Source: a virus
Virus record (IMG/VR): IMGVR_UViG_3300026533_000002
Coordinates: 54,977 to 118,976 of that record
Direction: 5' to 3' (one strand)
Length of the DNA: 64,000 nucleotides
Shown here: one piece after another, positions 29,676 to 39,613 of the stretch
Layout of the letters: each line of letters starts with the position of its first letter
Numbering within the stretch: position 1 is the first letter of the stretch
Translations under genes and position numbers: made by a program
The notes under the pieces: model-generated
What the model was told of the DNA's origin: nothing
The model's input: only the letters and a program-made list of their open reading frames with translations
The model's database searches: none

Positions 29676-30120
29676 TGCCTATAACCTTATCAGTGAAACC
29701 ATGGGCTATAAGTCCTTTATGTTGTTTCACTTCTGTTCTCCATTTAGAGTTTAAATTCTTCCAAGTTGCTTCAGTATACCAGTAAGTTGTACTCCAATCA
29801 AATGCCAGAGCTAACCAATGTTTAGGATTAGCACTTACTACTTTTCTACTAACTCTACTTTCTATGTGAGGAAACCCTTGATTCTTCTTCTTACAGTTAC
29901 TCCAAAATAGTTTAGTCTCGATACCTTCCTTAGCTAACCACTCTTTAAAGTTAAGTACTTTAACATCCTCTCTGTTAGCTATTGCCTTTATCTCTTTTAG
30001 AGCTTTCTCAACAGTAATATCATTTGACTTCACATAATCTAAGATAGTAGCTATCTCTCCTAGTTTCATTGTCTCGGGTGTCTGTGGTTCATACATTATT
30101 AATCCTTTACTTTGATCCAT
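29653..30120 (-). CDS. hypothetical protein
   Basis: AFDW..T..W..L..W pattern; real start may be 30096. Confidence 0.6.
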   Translation of the reverse strand: MDQSKGLIMYEPQTPETMKLGEIATILDYVKSNDITVEKALKEIKAIANREDVKVLNFKEWLAKEGIETKLFWSNCKKKNQGFPHIESRVSRKVVSANPKHWLALAFDWSTTYWYTEATWKNLNSKWRTEVKQHKGLIAHGFTDKVIGNEVHTTS

Positions 30121-30287
30121 TTATATTTACATACATTGTCTTCCAATACTTTTACATATAAGTAACTTGGATGACAACATGCACTACTACTATAAGTAGT
30201 CTTCTTAACTATAGCAGTGCTAATAATTAACACTATTAGTACTATAGATGCTAACGCTGCTAACTTTAACTTAGTAACTTCAGACAT
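30099..30287 (-). CDS. small membrane protein
   Basis: N-terminal TM helix, GGAG RBS. Confidence 0.5.
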   Translation of the reverse strand: MSEVTKLKLAALASIVLIVLIISTAIVKKTTYSSSACCHPSYLYVKVLEDNVCKYKWIKVKD

Positions 30288-30386
30288 TGACTCTCCTATA
30301 AATTACAATGGACAGTTAGAAATCTGTATGTATAACTATTCTCTATATCTGTCTTTATAGCATTAACTGCTTTATGTACCAATACT

Positions 30387-30740
30387 TTAGTTACATTGCT
30401 CATGAGTAACCCTTCCTAAGCCAATATAGAACTTAGCTTCTAATTCTTCTAAATCACCATAGGAGAATAGATCTAATCTATCTATTAACGGTCTAAACAC
30501 ATCTACTATATCTTTAGCTTTATGGCTAGAGTCTAAACATCTCTCTATTCTCTCTAACATTAGTATAACTCCTACATCCCATTGCACAGGATGAAAGAAG
30601 TTAAGATGAAGGTCTTGTTGTTTTCTGAAATCAACAGAATACTTTACCTCTACATTATCCCCTATACTAAACATAGCTACTCTAAATAGCTCCTTTATAT
30701 CGCTATTATTAGTGTATACTTTATATATTACTTTGCTCAT
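30387..30740 (-). CDS. hypothetical protein
   Basis: AAGGA RBS. Confidence 0.55.
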   Translation of the reverse strand: MSKVIYKVYTNNSDIKELFRVAMFSIGDNVEVKYSVDFRKQQDLHLNFFHPVQWDVGVILMLERIERCLDSSHKAKDIVDVFRPLIDRLDLFSYGDLEELEAKFYIGLGRVTHEQCN

Positions 30741-30847
30741 AATCTTCCTTTGACATAATTAGCATTATTAATGCAGTATAAATAAGTAGTATTAAAGGTA
30801 CTCCTACAAATATAAGTACCATTGATGCATCGCTCATAATTATCTCC

Positions 30848-31321
30848 TTATAGACCTAGTTCTACATCATCACCAAATAGAGATACATTAACTTGAAATA
30901 GGTGGGTATGCATTAGTGCTTGCCTTACAGAAGCTATTCTTATATCTTTATCTGTTTGTATAAGATTCCATAGTGCAGGTTTATTAACTTTAATATCCTT
31001 AAATATACGGTTAAGACCTCTAGCTAGGTACATATCAGTGGATTTATAAACTAATAAGTTAATTGATTTACCGCCTAGTTTAAACTTAATGTTATATTTA
31101 TTAAACAATACACTAGTGTACTCCTCAAACTTAACACTAGTTTCATACTTCTCAGGGTCTACATCAATACCTTTATCTTGTAATACTTTGTTTACAGTAT
31201 ACCAATCTTCTACATCTACAGCATAATCATAGTCACTATCTTCTTTGCTACAATCCCAAGCTCTACTACCTATAGCTATTCCTAATACCTTAACTAACTC
31301 ATGTATTGATTCATTACTCAT
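30848..31321 (-). CDS. minimal Pol-beta-type nucleotidyltransferase
   Basis: IGSRAW....DSDYDY motif. Confidence 0.7.
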   Translation of the reverse strand: MSNESIHELVKVLGIAIGSRAWDCSKEDSDYDYAVDVEDWYTVNKVLQDKGIDVDPEKYETSVKFEEYTSVLFNKYNIKFKLGGKSINLLVYKSTDMYLARGLNRIFKDIKVNKPALWNLIQTDKDIRIASVRQALMHTHLFQVNVSLFGDDVELGL

Positions 31322-31423
31322 TATATTTCCTTATTTACTCTATACTTTGCCTATATGGCATTATTACTCTGAAAGGTATAATGATATACCTAAACTGTTA
31401 CTGTAGCTTCTACTAGCCTTATC

Positions 31424-31618
31424 TTAACGATTAACACTAATCTTTTTATGGTAACTATTAATATAATCCATAGGACTGTAAGTGTTATATCCTTTATTAA
31501 TTATAGACACCAGCATGAACTTAGTTCTATTATTAAAGTCACCTGATCTAACTATACTGTTGAATATGTCTACACCTGCTTGAGTCTTAATTGCTTTATG
31601 GAAATGTACCTTAGCCAT
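31424..31618 (-). CDS. small hypothetical protein
   Basis: AAGGA RBS. Confidence 0.5.
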   Translation of the reverse strand: MAKVHFHKAIKTQAGVDIFNSIVRSGDFNNRTKFMLVSIINKGYNTYSPMDYINSYHKKISVNR

Positions 31619-31670
31619 TGCTTATCCTTATATTTAATCTGATACTAACTATACGAGCTAGTATCGTAGT

Positions 31671-32060
31671 TTATATCTTTAATTTCTTAAGAGCTTTAAC
31701 CATCTTCATCTGACTAACAACATATTCTAATGCTTTAATATTAAACTCTTTGTAGTCAGATTCCATTGTAGCTTTTACTTGATTTATTCCAAAAGCACAT
31801 GCAACGACATTACCTTTAATATATCCTTGCTTATTGTCAATTCTATCTAGTGTAAAGCTATTAAATGATAAGTCTCCATACACTCTACCTCTATATAAAG
31901 GTATCTTAGAATAGAAACATCTCTTAGTATTCTGTAACCTTTTATAGTCTCCTAGAGTAAGGCTAAACTCTATACCTTTCTCTTTAGCATACTTTATCTT
32001 AGCTAAGTATCTAATAGCTACAACTTCATCTGTTACTATATAATCTGTTAACTTAGCCAT
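31671..32060 (-). CDS. HNH-like endonuclease domain protein
   Basis: GIEFSLT, CFYS, TLDRIDNKQGYIKGNVVAC..N..K. Confidence 0.75.
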   Translation of the reverse strand: MAKLTDYIVTDEVVAIRYLAKIKYAKEKGIEFSLTLGDYKRLQNTKRCFYSKIPLYRGRVYGDLSFNSFTLDRIDNKQGYIKGNVVACAFGINQVKATMESDYKEFNIKALEYVVSQMKMVKALKKLKI

Positions 32061-32275
32061 TAGAACTCACTTACCATAGTAACTACTACTGACTCAATTA
32101 GACTACCTCTAATATGCACTATTGATTTATCAGATAGCTCTAATGATAATACTTTTATATCATTTAGATGTGATGTACTACTTAATATTCTATTATGATT
32201 CTCATCCATATCGTCTAGTTCTATTGATATGAAAGTATCTCCACTTGTCATTGTTACTTCTAATTTAAACTTCAT
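32060..32275 (-). CDS. small hypothetical protein
   Basis: 71 aa, operonic. Confidence 0.55.
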   Translation of the reverse strand: MKFKLEVTMTSGDTFISIELDDMDENHNRILSSTSHLNDIKVLSLELSDKSIVHIRGSLIESVVVTMVSEF

Positions 32276-32486
32276 TGATTATCCCTTATTTTTAATTTAT
32301 TTACCTCTACAAGAGCTTATATTGCCTAGACATACAAATATATGTCTAAGTTGCCTTTATGTCTTCTACCTACCTTATATACTTGTATATAAGCTCTTAA
32401 GATAGTCTGGTAATAGATAGTAAGTATAGATTAAACCATAGCCTACCATATATGCAATAGTCATATCACATATCATCTCTCCCATA

Positions 32487-33194
32487 TTAGTACTCCAGTA
32501 TTGTTAGTAAGTCTTCTTTATGAGACTCTAGTAACTGTTTAGCCTTTTGTATACTTTTTATATACATACTTGTATCTTGTGCTTTATGTGTATAAACACC
32601 ATCAATAGCCAAACAATCTTCTTGCAACTCTATATAGTAGTTGTATAAATCACTTATACCAAAGTCAGGCTTCCACCCAGCATTTAGCCTAGCAATCTCC
32701 TCCTCTACTCTATACTTAGCCTTCATATAAGCTACTTTAGCGTTTGCTTCTACCTTAGTTTTAAATACTAACCCTAAGCCTGTTAAATAAACATTTACAT
32801 CTAAACTCTTAGACCAGTTTAGATCTGATTTGACCAACCAATCACTACCATCTGTTGGGTCTATATACCAAGCTTCCTCCCCATCAGCAGGAGTCCAAGG
32901 GTTAAAGTCCTCTACTACCGAATAGTTTTTTGCTGGATATACAAACTTACAATATTCTGGGTTACATACAGGAGGTACTATCTTGTCATATATCCCAGCT
33001 ACTGGTATTTTATCTATAAAAGCTTTTCTAATATCACTGTAATCATCATCTAAAGCATAAATAGTAGTAGAGCAGTTAAATGAAGGTCTATGTATTAATC
33101 TCCATTTATCTGACTTTACCCAAATACTCTCTTTATCTAGCTTATAAAAAGCCTCCATCATATCTTTATGTTTAAAATACGCTTCTTTGTTCAT
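32487..33194 (-). CDS. hypothetical phage protein
   Basis: G.VFKT..EA, LN.GW.PDF pattern common in phage proteins. Confidence 0.65.
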   Translation of the reverse strand: MNKEAYFKHKDMMEAFYKLDKESIWVKSDKWRLIHRPSFNCSTTIYALDDDYSDIRKAFIDKIPVAGIYDKIVPPVCNPEYCKFVYPAKNYSVVEDFNPWTPADGEEAWYIDPTDGSDWLVKSDLNWSKSLDVNVYLTGLGLVFKTKVEANAKVAYMKAKYRVEEEIARLNAGWKPDFGISDLYNYYIELQEDCLAIDGVYTHKAQDTSMYIKSIQKAKQLLESHKEDLLTILEY

Positions 33195-33210
33195 CTTATC
33201 TCCTTATAAA

Positions 33211-33495
33211 TTATTCTGTAAATGGTACAAGTATATAACTTGATGTAATTACAGGTTTTGTCTTATGCCCACACTCATTACATACTAGACCAAACTTAGC
33301 AGCTTCGGAAACTACCTCTATTGGAGCAGGCAGTATCTCCTCTATCTCATCATAGCAATCTTTAAACACAGGTAACTCATAAGCTATATCTCCAAAGTAG
33401 TATCTACTTAACGAACAATCTCCAGCTTTACTCTGTCCCTCTACTACCTCTCCACAATTTGGACACTTAAAATATGTATAATCAAACATTCCCAT
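33211..33495 (-). CDS. zinc-ribbon protein
   Basis: MGMFD..CPNCG..QSK..C; second CxxC. Confidence 0.7.
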   Translation of the reverse strand: MGMFDYTYFKCPNCGEVVEGQSKAGDCSLSRYYFGDIAYELPVFKDCYDEIEEILPAPIEVVSEAAKFGLVCNECGHKTKPVITSSYILVPFTE

Positions 33496-33622
33496 TACTT
33501 ATCCTTTATACTAATAACAGATTCTGTTATATATTGTTAATTATACTTCTCAGTATAAGACATATTAATATCTAGCCATACAAATACCATTATTGCAATC
33601 ATTATTAGTGTATCTATCATAG

Positions 33623-33811
33623 TTAATCCTTAAATAAAGTAGCTAACTCATGTTTAGCTACAAAGCTTCTATCTTTATTCCAAGCTCTAATATTAGCTTT
33701 ATATCTTCTCATAGTGCCTGACATAGCTAATGTTGGTCTAGGTTGCTCTACTACTTTACTAACTTGGCTCTCTATTTTCCTATACCCAAATCCATGTCTT
33801 TCAAATGTCAT
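33623..33811 (-). CDS. small hypothetical protein
   Basis: AAGGA RBS. Confidence 0.5.
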   Translation of the reverse strand: MTFERHGFGYRKIESQVSKVVEQPRPTLAMSGTMRRYKANIRAWNKDRSFVAKHELATLFKD

Positions 33812-33828
33812 TGCATTTATCCTTATAT

Positions 33829-34104
33829 TTAATCTTGCATTAGTTTGTATACTTTATATAGGTTACTAACATCTTCGCCTATAATGTAGACATAACTCTT
33901 CTTATCTTTCAATACTATCAACTTACCTAAGTCTTTAAGAGTTCTAATAGCTCTCTTAACTGTCTTTATACTAATATCTAAATCATTAGCAATCTGGTAT
34001 TGGTCTGTAATAGTAGTACTAGAACATAAGTAGTTACTTACATTCTTAACACTATCTATCTCATTAAAATGCCATTCATAGCTTTTACTAAATACTTTAA
34101 TCAT
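33829..34104 (-). CDS. winged HTH DNA-binding protein
   Basis: QYQIANDLDISIKTVKRAIRTLKDLG. Confidence 0.8.
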   Translation of the reverse strand: MIKVFSKSYEWHFNEIDSVKNVSNYLCSSTTITDQYQIANDLDISIKTVKRAIRTLKDLGKLIVLKDKKSYVYIIGEDVSNLYKVYKLMQD

Positions 34105-34111
34105 AGACAGA

Positions 34112-34957
34112 TTACATACTAGTGTCGTAATGCTCTAGATCATCATCTATCATGGCAGGCTGTGCCAGAGGTTTCTCTAGTGATTTGTATGCTGTATTTA
34201 TAGTGTTTATGAGCATTATCTTAGTACCAACATCTACAGCGCTATTACGTCCTATAGAGCTCCAGAACATATATCTACCAGTTTCAGTGCGTAACATACT
34301 GTCGTAGTCTATATGCTCCTCAGCATTAGTTGACAGTGCAAGCTCACTCTCAGTATTGACGGCAGAAGCCTCTGCCTCTTCGTTTTTAGCTAGTAATGTT
34401 TTTAATACTAATAAGGATTTAGTATGTTCAACAGTCTCTGTTCCAAATACTGTTACTTTTACTCTCTTTCCTGCCATTAGATCTAAGTAGTACTTAGCGT
34501 TATATGCTGCGTTATCTAGTATGAATTGAGCAGCTATAATATACCTACGATTACTTAGTCCAGTTAACTTCATAGCTGCTGTCTGTGTGTATCCATAAGA
34601 CTTTATCAGTGCTACTGTCTTAAATGCCTTTTGGTTGGTAGAGTCATTTCTAGCTGCAAATGTATTAAGGTTAGACAATGCTATACAGTCTTTATCCTCT
34701 AGGTCATCTACTACATCTCTTGCTAATACATCTATTCCTAACTCAATAGCTACTTTACTCCTATGTCTCCCGTCAATTACTAAGCCATTTCTTATAATGA
34801 TTGGATCTATTTGCCCCAGCTTTATCATTAATGTCTTTAAAGCATTGTACTCATCTATAGGTTTTACTTGATTAAAGCCTGCTATCTTAGTATCGAATTT
34901 AAGTGTGTTAGGATTAAGCTTGTAGCTATCACCTTTCCATATATCTAGATTAGTCAT
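34112..34957 (-). CDS. ParB/Srx N-terminal domain protein
   Basis: GQIDPII..LVIDGRHR..A..LG. Confidence 0.8.
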   Translation of the reverse strand: MTNLDIWKGDSYKLNPNTLKFDTKIAGFNQVKPIDEYNALKTLMIKLGQIDPIIIRNGLVIDGRHRSKVAIELGIDVLARDVVDDLEDKDCIALSNLNTFAARNDSTNQKAFKTVALIKSYGYTQTAAMKLTGLSNRRYIIAAQFILDNAAYNAKYYLDLMAGKRVKVTVFGTETVEHTKSLLVLKTLLAKNEEAEASAVNTESELALSTNAEEHIDYDSMLRTETGRYMFWSSIGRNSAVDVGTKIMLINTINTAYKSLEKPLAQPAMIDDDLEHYDTSM

Positions 34958-35095
34958 TTATTTATTTCCTTTGTTGTAGTCTCTCACTAACATTGCTATT
35001 ACAGCACCAATTGTAGGCATACCTACCTCTTCCTTGATCTTCTTCAGATCATCTCTAGTTCTTTCGTTCAACTTAATTGCTACACTTACACTCAT
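34958..35095 (-). CDS. ribbon-helix-helix protein (45 aa)
   Basis: Not in track; AAGGA RBS; MSVSVAIKLNERTRDDLKKIKEEVGMPTIGAVIAMLVRDY. Confidence 0.65.
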   Translation of the reverse strand: MSVSVAIKLNERTRDDLKKIKEEVGMPTIGAVIAMLVRDYNKGNK

Positions 35096-35511
35096 AAATG
35101 TCCTTTTCTATTTATTTATACTGGCAGTATACTACAAGTAACCTTATAGTAAACTAATATGGTTATTTGGTAGGACAATGTCCTAATCCGCAATCCTTTA
35201 AATAGGTAAATTATCCGCACTGTTAAGTACTACTATAGTATTACAACCAGAAAATATTTTCCATATAGTCTCTCCTTACATTAATTAAAAGCTATACTTT
35301 ACATATAAGCTCTTATATCTCTTATCTATACTAATTAGACACCTAAGTACTAACTATTGCTATTAGATACCTAATATACACTTATAATTACTAATAAGGT
35401 AATAAGAAAAAAGAAAAAGGCACTCCGCCTGGAGACCGTCGGTAGACAATAGATAGAGGGAAGATGAAGAGCGAGGCCACGAGTGATGAATCTTGTCCTC
35501 CTATTGCTCTT

Positions 35512-35548
35512 GAAAAAAATAAGGATACCTACCGCTAAGGGTAAGTAT
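35512..35548 (-). terminator. intrinsic terminator after the RNAP gene
   Basis: Minus-strand stem AUACUUACC/GGUAGGUAU (one G-U), then U-tract. Confidence 0.7.
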
Positions 35549-35602
35549 TATTTCTTTAATTATCTATCCTTTAAAATTAATTAAGTAACACCAATTAAGG
35601 TG

Positions 35603-37303
35603 CTACATGCAGTTATAAGACTCTACTATATCTATTCTATCTGGAATATTCCATCCTCTATAGATACCAGTCTGAGCCTCAATCTCTTGTAGTTGCTTCT
35701 CAGCTAGCCCTCTCATTCTATTAAGACTTTCGAATGTAAGTTGCTTAATTAATGGCAGTGCACTAGGTTTTGAGTAGAAAGCATCTAAAATTGTCTTACA
35801 AGGAATACCTCTTCTATGTAGCCCCATTTGGATGTAATGCTCGGTCGCAGAATCACTTGAGTGTACTATTGAAACTGCTAATCCAGAGTACTTCTTAGTT
35901 CCATTACCTGAGTTAGAGAACGGCATAATAGAATCAATACTGCTTCCGTCTTCCATACTAACTTGAGCATCTAACATGTAAGGTGCCCATATAGCCTTAA
36001 CACCATCAACTCTAGTAAACTGTACATTATTTACTCCAGCTTCAGCTAGTTTTCTACCATACTCAGCTGTTTTAGCGTTATAGAAGAAACTTTCACCAAA
36101 TATCTCAGTTACCATATCCATATCCTCAGGCTTTACAGTAGCTCCATGCATGTAGGGTTGCTGTACGAGCTTTGCCTCATCTCTAGTAATCCCTAGGTAG
36201 TCTGCAACTAGTGAATGAGCATCATACTTAGTTTCTCCTCCTAGTAAATTTGCTACTTTTAAGAATTGCTCATCACCCCACAAGTTTGATGCATTAATGT
36301 TTCCACTTGCAATAAAATCATACCCTACTACACTTCTACTCATTCTACCTTCAGCACATATTATATTATCAAATACATCTACAATATGAAGTAGCTTACC
36401 TAATTCTTTATGTCCAATAGTAAATTCTACATATTTACCTTTATTATAATCTTCAAGTAAAGTAGAGTTATAATTAATCTTGGCTATAGAATCTTTAACT
36501 AGTACTCTATAATCATCTGATTTAAACTCATTCTCTAAGTATTTAATAGCATACTTGATCTCAGTAGCATCAACTAAATACTCTTGAGCTGGTTCAATAA
36601 GATATTTCTCAAAAGCATCTCCGTAGTCATAAGCAAAGCCATATCTAGATAATGAATAATTACGAGTATTACTATCAAGTTTACGGTAATTAGTATAAGT
36701 ATGCCCAAGAAACACTTTAGTCTCCTCAGCTACCTCTTGTAATCTTTCCCAATAGTTAGCTTCATTAACTTTAGATTTATTAGTTTCATAAAGTAATACT
36801 TTATATAAATCAATATACTCAGGAGCTATTTCCTTTATACGCATATCAATCTCAGCCTTCTCACTAAGTACCTTAGTAGAATTGTTTTCTACTTTCTTCT
36901 TACTACCTTTCAATATAATATAATCTTGGAAGCTACTCACTTCTTTAAACCAAACCTTAGTCTTAACCTCTTTCTCTCTTTGACCAACGATAGTAGATGT
37001 AGTATGAGTAAACATATTTCCATCCTTATCTATAGTAGTAGCTATCTTATCTTCAAACTTAAACTTCATAGCTTTAACTACTATATTTACTCTTATAAGT
37101 AAAGCTTTCTTAAAGTTATATGAGCCATCATTTACATCTATAATACATTCTAAACTTAGTAAAGCATTAGCTACATTACCTACTAGCATAGATACTGTCA
37201 TCTCATTAGCTACTATATTTCTTACAGTTGCTACAATTAATTGGTTATCTAGTGCTTTAAGTGCTTTAAATGCCGGTTTTAATATAAGTGGGTATTTTTT
37301 CAT
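35603..37303 (-). CDS. single-subunit T7-like DNA-directed RNA polymerase (N4 RNAPII-like, single chain)
   Basis: DxxGR-like LDSNTRNY, motif A GYDFIASG, motif B RDEAKLVQQPYMHG, IVHSSDS, motif C TILDAF. Confidence 0.85.
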   Translation of the reverse strand: MKKYPLILKPAFKALKALDNQLIVATVRNIVANEMTVSMLVGNVANALLSLECIIDVNDGSYNFKKALLIRVNIVVKAMKFKFEDKIATTIDKDGNMFTHTTSTIVGQREKEVKTKVWFKEVSSFQDYIILKGSKKKVENNSTKVLSEKAEIDMRIKEIAPEYIDLYKVLLYETNKSKVNEANYWERLQEVAEETKVFLGHTYTNYRKLDSNTRNYSLSRYGFAYDYGDAFEKYLIEPAQEYLVDATEIKYAIKYLENEFKSDDYRVLVKDSIAKINYNSTLLEDYNKGKYVEFTIGHKELGKLLHIVDVFDNIICAEGRMSRSVVGYDFIASGNINASNLWGDEQFLKVANLLGGETKYDAHSLVADYLGITRDEAKLVQQPYMHGATVKPEDMDMVTEIFGESFFYNAKTAEYGRKLAEAGVNNVQFTRVDGVKAIWAPYMLDAQVSMEDGSSIDSIMPFSNSGNGTKKYSGLAVSIVHSSDSATEHYIQMGLHRRGIPCKTILDAFYSKPSALPLIKQLTFESLNRMRGLAEKQLQEIEAQTGIYRGWNIPDRIDIVESYNCM

Positions 37304-37398
37304 GGAGTAAGTCCTTTAAGTAATAGCTACTCTTTATTTAGTAGCTATAGGGTTATTTAACAGTGGTAATAATATTTTACAATTTTTAAGTGTCTAGC

Positions 37399-38343
37399 CT
37401 ACCAAGCAGCATCTTCTACTAATTTCTTAGTAGCTTCTGTAGTTTCTTCCACTCCATTAATTACTTTAGCTACAGCCATATTGAACTCTCTAGAAGTCAC
37501 AGGTAATGTGCCTTTAGCAACCTCTTCTTTATAGGCTTTAAATGTTGCTTCAAGTATAAATACATCAAGAGCGTTAGTCTTTCCTTCACGCATATTAGCT
37601 AAGTAACCTAAGTTGCCAACATCAGTCTTTCTCTTATCAGTTAAATACTCATAAGCAAGTAATCTACCATCTTTCAGTACTAATGAGCTTTTACCTGTGT
37701 CAAGTTTCACTAACGCTAGTACATTAGCTAGCTTCCCTTCTAACACCTCTATTCTTGTTGGGGCTTCACCTAGTGCAGTTGTTCTTTTAAGACTACTAGT
37801 TTTAATATGGTCTTTTAGCTCATCTAAAAGGTCATACTTCATTTTAAGACCTGTATTCATTGATAGTATAGACATCTCTAACTCTGTGCTTAAATCTTTG
37901 AACAACACTAAACTTAGTTGATGTGCATCCATTTCTGAGTATTCTAACTCATCCATAAATGCAAATCTATCTTCAGTCTCTTCATCTAACTCAATCTCAG
38001 GTATATCTATTACCTCTTCAATATGAGCTTCAAAGCCTGCTAGGTTAATAATAAAGTTACAAGCATGTAATGCATCAGTATCAGTAATATTACCGTTATA
38101 GTAAGCTACTAAGTCCTCACCAGAGTAAGGCATAGAAGTAAATACTTTACAGTTAAGGTTGTTATATACTTTTCTAATAGTTAAAGCAAAGTCTCTATCC
38201 TCAGCTCTTAGTATATTTAAAGCATCATTGATTTCAGTGCTAGTCTCTTTAGTTAATTTGTATTGCATTGTAATCTCCTCAGATTTAGTTGTAGTAGTTT
38301 CATTAGCATTTGTGTTGTTAGTAGTAGTTTGGTTGTTATTCAT
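37399..38343 (-). CDS. early hypothetical protein
   Basis: 314 aa, N/T-rich N-terminus. Confidence 0.65.
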   Translation of the reverse strand: MNNNQTTTNNTNANETTTTKSEEITMQYKLTKETSTEINDALNILRAEDRDFALTIRKVYNNLNCKVFTSMPYSGEDLVAYYNGNITDTDALHACNFIINLAGFEAHIEEVIDIPEIELDEETEDRFAFMDELEYSEMDAHQLSLVLFKDLSTELEMSILSMNTGLKMKYDLLDELKDHIKTSSLKRTTALGEAPTRIEVLEGKLANVLALVKLDTGKSSLVLKDGRLLAYEYLTDKRKTDVGNLGYLANMREGKTNALDVFILEATFKAYKEEVAKGTLPVTSREFNMAVAKVINGVEETTEATKKLVEDAAW

Positions 38344-38403
38344 AATTATTTCCTTTATGTAGTTATAGGTAGACTAGCATTTCAGCTAGCACATTAGTAG
38401 TTA

Positions 38404-38718
38404 TTAAGACTTAGGAGCAGTAGCAAATCCTATAGCAAGTAACTCAGTTATTTCATCATGAAAGGCTTCATTAGTTATTCTAGGTCTATTATCAGCTTTA
38501 ACTTTAGTAACTAGCTCAGCTCTCTCTGCGGCATAGTCTAGCTCACTCTCAGCTGAGTAGAGTACTAGCTTATTGTTAAGTTGTTTAGTTAACTCTTTAG
38601 TTCCTTCTAATACTAAATCAGCATTATCCTCTAAGATAGCGGCAGATTTAAATATAAACTTACGGTAGATAGTTAATACGATTAGTATAGATGCTAATAG
38701 TGCTATTCCTTCAAACAT
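38404..38718 (-). CDS. early membrane-anchored protein
   Basis: N-terminal TM; resembles 41436..41813. Confidence 0.65.
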   Translation of the reverse strand: MFEGIALLASILIVLTIYRKFIFKSAAILEDNADLVLEGTKELTKQLNNKLVLYSAESELDYAAERAELVTKVKADNRPRITNEAFHDEITELLAIGFATAPKS

Positions 38719-38768
38719 TGGTAGATCCTTTATAAGTAGGGCTTACATCTCTAGGAATGCCTTTATAG

Positions 38769-39203
38769 TTATACGTCTTCTTTCTTTATAATAAGTACAT
38801 CATGTAGATGCTCTGGATATAAAGCTATTCTAATTGATAAGTGATCAACAGGTACATCATTAAGATAAGGCTTATATTTAACTAAGGTATATGTATATAA
38901 TACTTCTAAGTCAGACTTACTAGTAACTTCATATATCCTAGCGTTATGCCATACAAACTTATCTTCATACTTAGCTTTAAACTCTTTCAAGTCCTTATCA
39001 ATACTAATGCTTTTACCTACGAATACAATCTTCTTATGACTATATATAAAGTAAAGGCATTGCTTAGGTCTAGGCTTCTCCTTATAGTATAAAGTAGTAA
39101 GGAATCCTTTCCTTTGAGCTATTAAATACTTAGGGTAATTCTTAGCTTTAAACTCTTCTTTAGAGCTATACTGAGAGGCTATCTCTTTTAGTTCTGTTAA
39201 CAC
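38769..39203 (-). CDS. GIY-YIG-like nuclease
   Basis: CLYF...VFVGKS, LE, KP.LN; N-terminal ASQYSSKEEFK repeat unit. Confidence 0.6.
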   Translation of the reverse strand: MLTELKEIASQYSSKEEFKAKNYPKYLIAQRKGFLTTLYYKEKPRPKQCLYFIYSHKKIVFVGKSISIDKDLKEFKAKYEDKFVWHNARIYEVTSKSDLEVLYTYTLVKYKPYLNDVPVDHLSIRIALYPEHLHDVLIIKKEDV

Positions 39204-39365
39204 TTTTATGTCCTTTATTATTAAATATATAATTCTCCGATATACAAACTAAATGTTGTAGTTATGAGAGTTACATACTTAGCTTGTATGGAGTTTTAAC
39301 TAGTTAGAGGATAACTAGTATGGGTAGAAGTTTTAAGGCCTTGTAGGCTCTTATATAGACTAAGT

Positions 39366-39545
39366 CTAATGACTATATGATCTAATGCTAGTACCAGCAG
39401 TAGCTAGTATAAATCTATGGTAAGTTCTTAGGAATGACCCTAATGTTTTATCTCTAAATGTAAGGTCTTTAGCGTTATAGTTTACTAGAGATATAAGGAA
39501 GTTATTATCTCCTTTATATACTCTTTTAATGTTATCATTACACAT
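39366..39545 (-). CDS. small early protein (59 aa)
   Basis: Not in track; AAGGA RBS; MCNDNIKRVYKGDNNF... Confidence 0.5.
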   Translation of the reverse strand: MCNDNIKRVYKGDNNFLISLVNYNAKDLTFRDKTLGSFLRTYHRFILATAGTSIRSYSH

Positions 39546-39613
39546 AATGTCTATCCTTTTGTTTGGTTTAGTATTAAGTTACTTATCTATTAGTTTAGAT
39601 GAAGGACTTAACC

